Origin: Anaeromyxobacter sp.
GTDB taxonomy: Bacteria > Myxococcota > Myxococcia > Myxococcales > Anaeromyxobacteraceae
Reading direction: 5' to 3'
Assembly (NCBI GenBank): GCA_049840735.1
Contig: JASGJN010000022.1
Coordinates: 908,778 to 972,777, forward strand
Length of the DNA: 64,000 bases
Position numbers and translations under genes: made by a program. Below the pieces are notes generated by a model, which was given only the letters and a program-made list of their open reading frames with translations, was not told the origin of the DNA and ran no database searches. Every line of letters begins with the position of its first letter. Position 1 is the stretch's first letter. This document shows positions 11,571 to 20,923 of the stretch, piece by piece.

Positions 11571-12857
11571 CTAGAATAGGACTCGGGCCCACGCCGTCGC
11601 AATGACCGAGATCCCACTGACGAGCGTGATGCGACTTGCAAGGGCGCGCCCCGGCGTCGTTCGTTGCCGTGCCACGACGTGTTTGGTCAAACGCATTGAC
11701 CACGCCGCACCGACAAAAAAAAGAACCATGCGGACCGTCGCCCCGGTCGTGTCGGAGGCACCGAGACGACTCAGCACTTCGAATGTCGGGTGACTCAACC
11801 CGAGGAATAGTGAGAAGAGACTGATGGGCGTGTAGACGTAGCCGAGCTGCACGAATGAATCCGTGGTGCGCGGAGCGTCGAGCAACCAGGCGGCGAGCAG
11901 CGTGACGATGCCGAGCGCGGCTACCGCCGCAAAAGTCGACGCCAAGAGGAGCGCGACGAGTTTCACCCCGTAAAGTTCGAGTCGCTCCCCGAGGAATACC
12001 CCAATCGGAAGTCCAATCGCGCCGCCGAATAGGAAAATCACCTCGGACAAGAGTGGCTCTGCACTGTCGATGCGGTTGAGCTCCTCACCGGGCGCTCGAA
12101 ATCCGAGATGAATCGCGTCGTGGTGACCCGCGCAACGGAAGCACATGAGGCAGGAGCGATTCGTCGTGAGGACTGGCAGGTGGATTCCGACTGGACACGG
12201 ACCTTTCGTTTCCGACGCGTCGACCGCGCAGCGCGCTCGCAAGCGCTGTCGATCGACCGCGAAGTGGAGCGAGCCAAGGCGCGAAAACACGCCAAAGAGA
12301 AGGCTTACCGGACAAAGATACCGGCACCAAGACCAGAGTCGCTGCGAATAGATCCAGGCTGTTGCCGCTGCGGCGAGAGACGAGCCTCCGAGCACGATGA
12401 GTTGACCCCGGGCATCCTCGTCCACTTCGAGCAGCTGTCCGACGATCGTGATACCGAGGAACGACAGCAGCGGCACACCTCCGAATCGCATCCACTTCGG
12501 AACGGGACGGTTGCCGCCTTTCGGAGCGAGCCACCGAACGATGGTGCCTTCCGGGCAGAGCAAACCGCACCAAATGCGGCCAAACACGACCAGAGAGAGA
12601 ACGACGAATGGCCACCAGAGTCCCCAGATGAGGAAACGACTCAAACTCACGAAATCGGACAGGGGCAGTGCGTCTCCCTGCGACGCGGGCAGCATCACGG
12701 GAATGACGATGAGGGCCAGGTAGATAGCGACCATGCCCCATTGCACGCGGCGAACGAGCGTTGGCCGACGTAGGACCATCTGCTCGAATCGGGCCAGCGG
12801 TCCCCGTCCATCGCCTGGCGATTGCTGGGTCGAGAAGAGATGGAAGTTGAAAGTCAT
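11571..12857 (-). CDS. Membrane 4Fe-4S-binding protein (NapH/MauN/FtrD-like polyferredoxin)
   Basis: Multiple TM helices, GRIWCGLLCPEG, WCRYLCPV, CPVG...CLMCFRC. Confidence 0.85.
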   Translation of the reverse strand: MTFNFHLFSTQQSPGDGRGPLARFEQMVLRRPTLVRRVQWGMVAIYLALIVIPVMLPASQGDALPLSDFVSLSRFLIWGLWWPFVVLSLVVFGRIWCGLLCPEGTIVRWLAPKGGNRPVPKWMRFGGVPLLSFLGITIVGQLLEVDEDARGQLIVLGGSSLAAAATAWIYSQRLWSWCRYLCPVSLLFGVFSRLGSLHFAVDRQRLRARCAVDASETKGPCPVGIHLPVLTTNRSCLMCFRCAGHHDAIHLGFRAPGEELNRIDSAEPLLSEVIFLFGGAIGLPIGVFLGERLELYGVKLVALLLASTFAAVAALGIVTLLAAWLLDAPRTTDSFVQLGYVYTPISLFSLFLGLSHPTFEVLSRLGASDTTGATVRMVLFFVGAAWSMRLTKHVVARQRTTPGRALASRITLVSGISVIATAWARVLF

Positions 12858-13184
12858 TTTCGCTGGCCCGGCATAACTCAAGGGGCGGACCCTCGCCAGC
12901 GGATACTCCTTTCTCGGATCGGCGAGGCCGGCACCCGACTCGGACGCGCGATTGCGCCGTTTCGAGAGCGCCTGCGCGCCGCCCGTGCGCCGCCCGCCTT
13001 TGTCGTCCGGAACCTGGCACTCACCAGATGGGCGCGACGTGCATCGAGCGCGTACGCGCGAGGTCGGGAGCCGCGAGCACGCTGATGTTGGTGCGAGCAC
13101 AGCGAGATTAGCGGTCTAGCTCAGCGAGCACGTACGCGAGCCGAGGGCAAGAGCGGCTCGCGAATCGGTGCGTTTGCGGCGAGA

Positions 13185-13892
13185 TCAGTGGGCTGGCACA
13201 GCCGGCGGGGGATCGCACTTGAGCACGCCATCCGAATTGGAAATCGAACCAGGCGTGCAGGTCTGGAGCGTCATGGAGCTCGGGGTCGTGCTCGGCGCGC
13301 AGGTGCATGTCAACGTGGGCTGCGGATCGCAGGCCATTGCGCATTGTCCGCAGGACAGTGCATAAGATCCGTTCGGGTATTGGCACGGGCTCGGATCGGC
13401 GGGGCCCTTGCTGCAGGTCAAGACGCCGCTCTCGTTCGTGAGCTGCGCGCAACCGAGCGGGTTCATACGCAGCGGCTGTTCTTGCTTCTTCCACTGGCCG
13501 TCGGGTGAAGCGCATTCGCATTCCACCGTCACCTGGGCATTGTCGCGGTGCATGACGCAGTTGCGGCAGGAGTTTGCGTAATTGCCTTTAGGCAAGGCCG
13601 TGCATGCGAGCGCCCGATCGAGGACCGACACGTATCCACAAGGCAGATCGAGCGAGCTTTGCAGGCCCTCGCAGACGCAAGTGAGCCGATTGTTCCTGAT
13701 CGAGCAAGCCTTACATCGCGAACGAAAATCCCCATCTAGAGCGCTCACTCGCGTGGAGCGTTTGGCCTTGGATTCCGCCCGTGCAGCTGTGCGCTCGGCA
13801 CCGCCAAGCCACCGTCTGACCTTGCTGCATCCCGCGGTCTGCGTCAGGACTACGCCGACGAACAACCCGAAAAACCACGCGTTTCGACCCAT
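13185..13892 (-). CDS. Lipoprotein with cyanovirin-N-like (CVNH) lectin repeats
   Basis: Lipobox TAGC; repeated G[DNS][FY]xxSCxxC...LTCxC...[IL]xNxxGVLxC units. Confidence 0.7.
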   Translation of the reverse strand: MGRNAWFFGLFVGVVLTQTAGCSKVRRWLGGAERTAARAESKAKRSTRVSALDGDFRSRCKACSIRNNRLTCVCEGLQSSLDLPCGYVSVLDRALACTALPKGNYANSCRNCVMHRDNAQVTVECECASPDGQWKKQEQPLRMNPLGCAQLTNESGVLTCSKGPADPSPCQYPNGSYALSCGQCAMACDPQPTLTCTCAPSTTPSSMTLQTCTPGSISNSDGVLKCDPPPAVPAH

Positions 13893-14766
13893 TGCGATCT
13901 ACCGTTTCTCTTGAGTCTCGGCGACGGCTTCTCGTCGCGAGACCTAGCGGACCAATCCCGTCGACCGCCCGTACCACAGGTCACTCTTGTCGCAAAGAGC
14001 AAAATGGTCACGGTCTGGCAGATGCGTGGGCCAGCTCCACTCACGTCGGCCCGTCGACGTTCGTTGCGCTGCGGTGATTCGTGTTCGGGCGTCCAGAGAC
14101 ATTCGTCTGGCGAGGCTGCGGTAGGGCCTTCTCGATGCGACCGAGCGCGGGGAGTGGAGCCATTCGTTTGGCGTGTTTGCCATCCTGGATTCGAGTGCCG
14201 GTTCGTTTGCGGCTCGTCGTCGAATTGGATGAAGTGTTCTGGGCCACGGAGAACGTTCCGTGAGGCGATGCTGGTGAGCCACGCCGACTCCTTGCGATTC
14301 GTTAAGGCGAGTTGGGGTTATGCCTCGAACGAGGCGGCCAGGGGCACGCGTCGATAGCGTTCGCGAATCGAACTCTGCGCATGGGGGCTGGTGTGAGCTG
14401 CGTGACAACGTTGATTCCTCGGTTGGCGGCATCGATGGCGTTGGTCTCACGCGCTCCACGGAGGTTCAGCAGACGCGGCGCGGGCGAATTTCGCACCTGA
14501 CTGCATGTGGCTCGATGTCCGGAGGATGCACAAACAGTGCAAGCTGCCGTGCTCTGGTGCACAACTTGTGTAACGAACGCCGTGTGGTTCCTGCCAAAAC
14601 CACATCGGGGTACCTAAATCTGCAGCTGCTCGTCACGACGGAAGCCAGGCGCGCTCACCCGCTGTATCGTTAGGGCCAACGCGTCGAGTGGGCGATGGTT
14701 TGCACACTTGCCGTTGCATCCAGCGAGCGACATTCGCTCCTTAGGTCAGTGGAGAATCCCAGCGAT

Positions 14767-16653
14767 ATGCGAGAACGAGCCTTGCAACTCTCGAGCCTGT
14801 CCACGGTCTTCGTGATGATTCCGTTCGTCCTGACGGTCGCCTGCAGTGGCAGTGATGGCAATGGAAATGCGCCAGCGTCGAAGGGCGGCGCCGGTGGTCA
14901 AGGCGACGGTGGTGCGCCTAACGGAGGGAGCACGAGCCTCGATACGCACGTTGGCGGCTCGACGACGTTGCAGAGCGGAGGCACGTCGAACGGCGGAAAC
15001 TCCGGGATGGGGGGTGCCTCATCCCAAGGTGGAAGCGCCGCAGCCGGCGAGACCGCGCAGGCTGGCACGACCAGCACCGGTGGCACGAGCGCGCAGGGCG
15101 GCACGAGCGCGCAGGGCGGCACGAGCGCGCAGGGCGGTACGAGCGCGCAGGGCGGTACGAGCGCGCAGGGCGGTACGAGCGCGCAGGGCGGCACGAGCGC
15201 GCAGGGCGGCACGAGCGCGCAGGGCGGCACGAGCGCGCAGGGCGGCACGAGCGCGCAGGGCGGCACGACGTCGACCACCACTACCGTCGCTTGTACGACG
15301 CCGTCGCCTCGCTTGAGCAATTTCTTCGAAGACAAAGTAGCGCTTTCGGGACTCACGGTCGTTTCCTACGGCGGCTATCTCAATGGTGAGTCTTTCCAAC
15401 AGGATGGCATGCTCTCCTTCAATGGTTATCAGTATGCCTCCTTCTGGAACACCGATGGCAACGTCGTGCTCGCGAAACGTGTTCTTTCGACCGATCCGAC
15501 GAAAGTAGACGGTGCATGGCAGAAGATCGAACCCATCGCCAACAATGGCTATGTGAACACCTCCAACGACGCTCATAATACGATTTCCTTGGGAGTTAGT
15601 CCCAAAGACGGAGTGCTGCATCTCGCCATCGACCATCACATCAGCTCGCTGCACTACCTTACCTCGACGACCGGGCTGGTTACGAATCCCGAAAGCTCCG
15701 TATGGGCAGCGTCCAGCTTCTCCACCGTAACGAACACGTTGGTTACCGGTGAAACCGTCGATCAGTTGACCTATCCGAGGTTTCTCACGGAGCCTAGCGG
15801 CGACAAGATGCTCTTCAGTGCGCGCATTGGTACCAGCGGTGCCGGCGACGAATACCTCTGGGAGTACGATGCGAATTCCCGAACCTGGAGCGATATGGGC
15901 ATGTACCTCTGGGGGACGAGTTCGACGACGAGTTCAGCGAACGCTTACTTACACGGCCTTGCTTACACGAGAGGCGGAACGCGCTTGCATGCGGCCTGGT
16001 GTTGGCGTGAAACGCCCGATCCGATCACCAATCACGACCTGTATTACGCGTATAGTGATGACAACGGCCGCACGTGGCGTGACAACGCTGGAACGGTCGT
16101 TGCCGAAACGGGTAAGTCTTACGTGACGAAGGACACGGTGAGTGCTCGGGTTTGGAGCATTCCGCAGGATCGAGGGCTCATCAACCAAGAGCACATGGTC
16201 GTCGATTCCCTGGGGCGAGTTCACGTGCTGCTGTCCCACGTGCCGGACGGAGTGGCCACCACGGTTGGGAACTTCACGACTCAACGCACGCAGAGCCAGT
16301 ATTTTCACTACATGCGTGACACCGACGGCACTTGGAAACGGAGTTCCATCGCGAACACTCCCGTTATGTTGAACTTCCGAGGAAAGCTCGCGATTTCCTC
16401 GTCGAACAACGTCTACGCCATCTTGCCTATCCCATCCCCGACGAACTCGGCCGATCCGGCACTGCGGATCTTGGGTGCATCGCCCTGCGACCAATACGCG
16501 AAATGGACCGTGTTGACGACGAACACGACGCGCGCCTACTTCTCGGATCCGCTCGTCGATACGTCTCGGCTCGCGACGTCCAACGAGCTTACGGTTTACT
16601 ATCCGCAGAAGTCGTCTCCCAATATTTGGAATCTGGACTGGACTCTCGACTAG
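14767..16653 (+). CDS. Lipoprotein with a Gly-rich linker and a BNR_4-type beta-propeller (GH145/PL42/ulvan-lyase-like superfamily)
   Basis: Lipobox TVAC; FQQDG, NDAHNTISLG, LHLAIDHH, LTYPRF, NHDLYYAYSDDNGRTW, GLINQE. Confidence 0.8.
   Translation: MRERALQLSSLSTVFVMIPFVLTVACSGSDGNGNAPASKGGAGGQGDGGAPNGGSTSLDTHVGGSTTLQSGGTSNGGNSGMGGASSQGGSAAAGETAQAGTTSTGGTSAQGGTSAQGGTSAQGGTSAQGGTSAQGGTSAQGGTSAQGGTSAQGGTSAQGGTSAQGGTTSTTTTVACTTPSPRLSNFFEDKVALSGLTVVSYGGYLNGESFQQDGMLSFNGYQYASFWNTDGNVVLAKRVLSTDPTKVDGAWQKIEPIANNGYVNTSNDAHNTISLGVSPKDGVLHLAIDHHISSLHYLTSTTGLVTNPESSVWAASSFSTVTNTLVTGETVDQLTYPRFLTEPSGDKMLFSARIGTSGAGDEYLWEYDANSRTWSDMGMYLWGTSSTTSSANAYLHGLAYTRGGTRLHAAWCWRETPDPITNHDLYYAYSDDNGRTWRDNAGTVVAETGKSYVTKDTVSARVWSIPQDRGLINQEHMVVDSLGRVHVLLSHVPDGVATTVGNFTTQRTQSQYFHYMRDTDGTWKRSSIANTPVMLNFRGKLAISSSNNVYAILPIPSPTNSADPALRILGASPCDQYAKWTVLTTNTTRAYFSDPLVDTSRLATSNELTVYYPQKSSPNIWNLDWTLD
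15079..15258 (+). repeat. In-frame 18-bp tandem repeat x10 encoding (GGTSAQ)n
   Basis: GGYGGYACGAGCGCGCAG repeated 10 times inside the BNR_4 gene linker. Confidence 0.95.
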
Positions 16654-16830
16654 GTCGCCATTCGACGACGCGGTGGACGCCGTTGGTGGGAGCCGCCGAC
16701 GGCGTTCGAGCGTCACGCTCCCCGAGGCAATCGAATGGAGATCGCGCCATCAGTGCCAACGGGGCTCGAGCGCGTTCTAGATGGGCGTAAAAGCGTCGAG
16801 GGTGAGCGTCGAGGGGGGAGCACCGAGCGT

Positions 16831-17388
16831 TTAGATGGGCGCAGATGGTAAGGTGAGCACCGAACTGCCGCAGTCGTTGGTCTGCGTTCTTCGAACCGAC
16901 CACAGCCCTGACGGGATCGGCACGCCATACTGTGCGTATTCACGCGGGAGTAAGTAAGTCTCGGCGGGCATGCCGTCGGCGAGTTCGATCGCCGTTCTCC
17001 GGTAATATGCGGGGTGTTCCTCGAGTTCGTCGAGACGTCGACGGATGTCGGGCCCCACTTCGAAAACCTCGCCGTGCACCGCCGACTCACCACCGGTGAC
17101 CATGGCCGGATATTCTCCCAAATCGTAGAGCGTGAATTCGGGGCGTGTCTTTGCTCGATGGAGGAACAACGCGCCGTCGAGTAAGCGGTGATTCGTGCCT
17201 CCGCGTAGCAGTGTGCCGTAAACGAAAATTCGATGAGGCGTCGAGATTGAATGCCTCGGCGCCGTGCCGCAGAGTTCGGAACCTCGACGTTCGTGCCCCT
17301 CGGCGGCTCGGAAGCGCGGTGCGTCGATCGCGAGATCGTCTCGGCGTTTCATCGCGCGAAAGCTGCTGCGGTGTTGGCGTCGAGTCAA
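16831..17388 (-). CDS. Gamma-glutamylcyclotransferase (AIG2-like/GGACT); true start probably near 17250
   Basis: IFVYGTLLRG..NH, YPAM, VHGEVFEV, LDELE...Y.R. Confidence 0.85.
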   Translation of the reverse strand: MTRRQHRSSFRAMKRRDDLAIDAPRFRAAEGHERRGSELCGTAPRHSISTPHRIFVYGTLLRGGTNHRLLDGALFLHRAKTRPEFTLYDLGEYPAMVTGGESAVHGEVFEVGPDIRRRLDELEEHPAYYRRTAIELADGMPAETYLLPREYAQYGVPIPSGLWSVRRTQTNDCGSSVLTLPSAPI

Positions 17389-17527
17389 GGCTCGACGCTG
17401 CGGAATACGTAAGCGCGCTCGAGTATCCTGGCAGACCTCATCGGGTGCAGCGGCGCGCTCGCTCGCTCGCTTCGGCCGACCAGGGCGATTCGTTTAGCGT
17501 TCCCGCGTGTGCCGTGACCACGTTGGG

Positions 17528-17965
17528 TCAGTCGACGGTCCCGATTCCCTCTCGATTGGGACGCGGGGGTGCGGTGGCGCCGCTCGGTTCGTCCGACGGA
17601 ATTGCGCAGCCCGTGTGGCACCGACGGCATCCACAATCCGCGTCGACCAATTCGCGGCAATTCGATGTTTCTGAATCGGTGACAACGGCGCCTCCGGAAA
17701 TTTGAAGCGTTCTACCGTGCACCAGCGCGTCGGCAACTTTCCTGTGCGCAGCTTCGATGATGCGTCCGAAGGTCGACCGCGAGACATTCATGCGTTCCGC
17801 GGCGCGTTCCTGATAGAGACCCTCGAGATCCGCGAGGCGGAGGGCCTCCAGTTCGTCGAGGGTCAGCATGACGAAGTTGTCGCTCTTCGGGGTGCCGTTC
17901 GCCGGACAAAAGCAAGTCGCGCCGGGACGCGCGCGCACTCGACGACAACACTGGGGACGAGGCAT
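17528..17965 (-). CDS. DUF134 (UPF0251) predicted DNA-binding protein with a Cys-rich tail
   Basis: MPRP..CRRV, LTLDELEALRLADLEGLYQERAAERMNVSRSTFGRII...KVADALVHG. Confidence 0.9.
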   Translation of the reverse strand: MPRPQCCRRVRARPGATCFCPANGTPKSDNFVMLTLDELEALRLADLEGLYQERAAERMNVSRSTFGRIIEAAHRKVADALVHGRTLQISGGAVVTDSETSNCRELVDADCGCRRCHTGCAIPSDEPSGATAPPRPNREGIGTVD

Positions 17966-17979
17966 GCGAAGGCCGTACC

Positions 17980-18717
17980 TTACTGGTTCGTGTTTTTGTG
18001 CCCGCCGCAACCGCAACCGTGAGAGCCGCGCTTCTCGTGCCCATCGCCGTGACAGCCGCAACCATGTCCTGCATCGTGTTGGCCGGTCTCGCCGTGACAG
18101 CCGCAACCATGTCCTGCATCGTGTTGGTGGGTCTCGCCGTGACAGCCGCAACCATGTCCGGCATCGTGTTGGTCGGTCTCGCCGTGACAGCCGCAACCAT
18201 GTCCGGCATCATGTTGTTTGGTCTCGCCGTGACAGCCGCAACCATGTCCTGCATCGTGTTGGTGGGTCTCGCCGTGACAGCCGCAACCATGTCCGGCATC
18301 ATGTTGTTTGGTCTCGCCGTGACAGCCGCAACCATGTCCGGCGCCATGTTCGTGAGCGTGCTCTTCGTGGTGGTGGTGGCACTCGCAGCTCGGTTCACCT
18401 TCGTGAGATTCGAGCTCGGAAAAGTGGGTGATGACGGCAGCCAAAGCGTTGGCCACGGATTGACCTTCGCCCACGACGGCGATGGTGATCCCGAGTTCCC
18501 TGAGGTGACGTTCTGCGCCAGATCCAAGGCCAGTGCAGATGAGTACGTCGGCGCCCTTCAGCGACTGCGCCAACGAGCGACAGCAACCGCCCTGGGACGT
18601 GATCTGTCGGGTGGTGCGGATCTCCGACTCTCCGACGTCGAGGAGAAATACGGGAAATTCGTGGCCGAAACGTTGAACGCGTTCAGATTCGGGCTGAGCA
18701 GAGATGGCGACGATCAT
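17980..18717 (-). CDS. NifB/NifX-family (FeMo-co binding-like) protein with a His/Cys tandem-repeat tail
   Basis: MIVAIS...RFG...F, GADVLICTGLGSGAERHLRELGI; C-terminal repeats GHGCGCHGETxQHDA. Confidence 0.8.
   Translation of the reverse strand: MIVAISAQPESERVQRFGHEFPVFLLDVGESEIRTTRQITSQGGCCRSLAQSLKGADVLICTGLGSGAERHLRELGITIAVVGEGQSVANALAAVITHFSELESHEGEPSCECHHHHEEHAHEHGAGHGCGCHGETKQHDAGHGCGCHGETHQHDAGHGCGCHGETKQHDAGHGCGCHGETDQHDAGHGCGCHGETHQHDAGHGCGCHGETGQHDAGHGCGCHGDGHEKRGSHGCGCGGHKNTNQ
18044..18341 (-). repeat. In-frame 45-bp tandem repeat (about 6.6 copies) encoding GHGCGCHGETxQHDA
   Basis: Unit TCGCCGTGACAGCCGCAACCATGTCC... recurs at 18044, 18089, 18134, 18179, 18224, 18269 and 18314. 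Confidence 0.95.
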
Positions 18718-18734
18718 GGGGCCTCTGGGGGCCA

Positions 18735-18760
18735 GAGTATTGAGCATATGCTCAATACTC
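18735..18760. promoter_or_regulatory. Perfect 26-bp palindrome, putative operator of the nifX-like/DUF134 operon
   Basis: GAGTATTGAGCAT|ATGCTCAATACTC; AT-rich; 18 bp upstream of the start at 18717. Confidence 0.75.
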
Positions 18761-18858
18761 GCAACGAATCGTTGCTTCACCGCTCCGGTTTCCTCGCCCC
18801 AACTGTGTCGGTCTGAGGGCCCGCCCGTTGGGCGGGCCAGACGGTTCTACGCTTGGAC

Positions 18859-19839
18859 TTACCGATTCACGTTACTCATGTCCGGGTAGCGGTCGCCGAC
18901 GACCAGACCCAACGGAAGCACCTGATCGATGCGAGCGAGTTCCTCGGGCGTGAGCGAGACCTTGGTCGCGTCGACGTTTTGTTCGAGATAGGAACGCCGT
19001 TTCGTTCCTGGAATGGGCACGATGTCGCTGCCCTGAGCGAGAACCCACGCCAAGGCGAATTCCGCCGCGGAGATCCCTCGAGCATTGGCCATGGTCTTGA
19101 CTCGTTCGACGAGTTCGAGATTTTGGGCGAAGTTTTCCCCTTGAAACCTCGGGAACAGACGTCGACGGTCGTCTGCTGGCAGGTCCTCGGGTTTCTTGAT
19201 GGCCCCGCTGAGGAAACCGCGTCCGAGCGGACTGTAAGCAACGAAGCCAATCCCGAGCTCTCGAAGCGTCGGCAGTAGGTCGATTTCGGGTTCGCGGCTC
19301 CACAAGGAGTATTCGGTCTGAAGAGCCGTGATGGGATGTACGGCGTGGGCACGCCGCACGGTAGTCGCCGCGGCTTCCGAAAGCCCGAGAAATCGAACCT
19401 TACCGGCCTTCACGAGTTCAGCCATCGCCCCCACCGTTTCTTCGATGGGCACCTTCGGATCGACGCGGTGCTGATAGTAAAGATCGACGTAGTCGGTTCC
19501 GAGTCGTGCGAGGGATGCGTCAATGCAAGCGCGCACGTACTCTGGTCTGCCGTCGATACCCCTGAATGAGCCGTCCGTGCCACGCACGTTGCCAAACTTG
19601 GTTGCAATGATGACGCGATCGCGCCGACCTCGCAGGGCTTGCCCGAGCAAAACCTCGTTCTTGAAGGGACCATACATATCGGCGGTATCGAAGAAATCCA
19701 CGCCGAGTTCGATGGCTCGATGGATCGTCGCAATCGATTCTTCGTCGTGCGTTTCTCCATAGAACTCCGACATTCCCATGCATCCGAGACCCAATTCGGA
19801 AACCTCGAGTCCTTGTGTCCCCAGTTTGCGTCGTTTCAC
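18859..19839 (-). CDS. Aldo/keto reductase
   Basis: [51 protein letters not shown]. Confidence 0.95.
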   Translation of the reverse strand: MKRRKLGTQGLEVSELGLGCMGMSEFYGETHDEESIATIHRAIELGVDFFDTADMYGPFKNEVLLGQALRGRRDRVIIATKFGNVRGTDGSFRGIDGRPEYVRACIDASLARLGTDYVDLYYQHRVDPKVPIEETVGAMAELVKAGKVRFLGLSEAAATTVRRAHAVHPITALQTEYSLWSREPEIDLLPTLRELGIGFVAYSPLGRGFLSGAIKKPEDLPADDRRRLFPRFQGENFAQNLELVERVKTMANARGISAAEFALAWVLAQGSDIVPIPGTKRRSYLEQNVDATKVSLTPEELARIDQVLPLGLVVGDRYPDMSNVNR

Positions 19840-19918
19840 GAGCGTTCTCCTTCCACGTGGCACGTGGACGAAAGCATTGTGTCGTCTCCTGCGGACGACA
19901 AGCCTCGAAGCCTCGTTG

Positions 19919-20923
19919 CTATTCCCAGCAACCGACGTGGGTCGGGGTGACCAACACGCGATCGACGTTCACGCTCGCGGCGGTACCGGCCCATTCGGCG
20001 CCCATGGCAACCGCCCCAATGCCACTCGTCGGGAGCGTATCGACTCCCGTTTCATCGAGAACCAATGCGTCGTCCAAGAAGACCTGCACGCGTCCAGCGT
20101 CGCCAATTTCGACCGTCAGCTCGACACAGTGCCACTCTCCAGGGGACAACGCGCTGCTAGTGCCAATGGGTGTCGTGTACGACCAAGTCTCCAACCGTCC
20201 GCTTTTCGTGACCAACCGAAGTGCCCACGCTTGTTCATCGTCGGACCAGAAGGCGAGAGGAGCCAGATCGTAGTCGACTTGTCCCGAAGGGAGCTGGAGC
20301 CAGCCACGGACGGAAATCGATCCCGACGAAAGGGGTGAGAAGCTCGCTCGGAGATACGCCGTCGAGGGCCCAGCGACGACTTGCGTCGCGAGCGCCTTCG
20401 CTCCCGACAAAGTTGCCATCTCGACTGGGGTGGCAGAATTATCTGTCGTCACGATGCTCTGGTATCGATCGGTCGAACCCTCGAAGTCCTCACACACGAG
20501 GGCATCTGCATATTTAGCACAGTCAATCGCAGGTAGAGCCTCGGTGCAGGTGCCGCGATAGCAGAGTCGTCCCGAGTCGCAATCGGCCGACGACGTGCAG
20601 GCTGGCAAACAAAGTCGTGTGCTCGGCTCTCCGCGGCACTCGAGCTGCGCAGATTCCGAGGTGCTGCAGGTTCCGCCCACGGAGGCGCAATCGACGTCCG
20701 TACTGCACGTCGGCGTGCAGCGTCCGCACGAGCACGCGAGACCGCCGCAATCGGACGTGCTCTCGCAAGTGCGAAGCCAATTGGTATTCGAGCCCGAGGC
20801 TTCTCCGCCGGGTTGACTGCATCCAAAACCACAGACGAGCAAGAGCGCTCCGATGCACCACCGCACCATCCCGAGGTAACCAGGCGCTCCGCGGGATCCT
20901 GCTGCCACGTCGATGCGACTCAT
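19919..20923 (-). CDS. Lipoprotein with Cys-rich repeats and a C-terminal LamG/lectin-like beta-sandwich
   Basis: Lipobox [13 protein letters not shown], several CxxxxDC units, CEDFE...GEWHCVEL; the start overlaps the upstream stop (ATGA). Confidence 0.7.
   Translation of the reverse strand: MSRIDVAAGSRGAPGYLGMVRWCIGALLLVCGFGCSQPGGEASGSNTNWLRTCESTSDCGGLACSCGRCTPTCSTDVDCASVGGTCSTSESAQLECRGEPSTRLCLPACTSSADCDSGRLCYRGTCTEALPAIDCAKYADALVCEDFEGSTDRYQSIVTTDNSATPVEMATLSGAKALATQVVAGPSTAYLRASFSPLSSGSISVRGWLQLPSGQVDYDLAPLAFWSDDEQAWALRLVTKSGRLETWSYTTPIGTSSALSPGEWHCVELTVEIGDAGRVQVFLDDALVLDETGVDTLPTSGIGAVAMGAEWAGTAASVNVDRVLVTPTHVGCWE

Noticed and set aside
13900..14690. Possible ncRNA or small genes in long intergenic gaps (also 46970-47380 and 62350-63000)
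   Set aside because: No recognisable tRNA, riboswitch or coding signature by eye; an Rfam/Infernal search would be needed
17980..18717. Nitrogen fixation locus
   Set aside because: Only a NifB/NifX-like domain is present, with no nifHDK/ENB; this family is widespread outside diazotrophs
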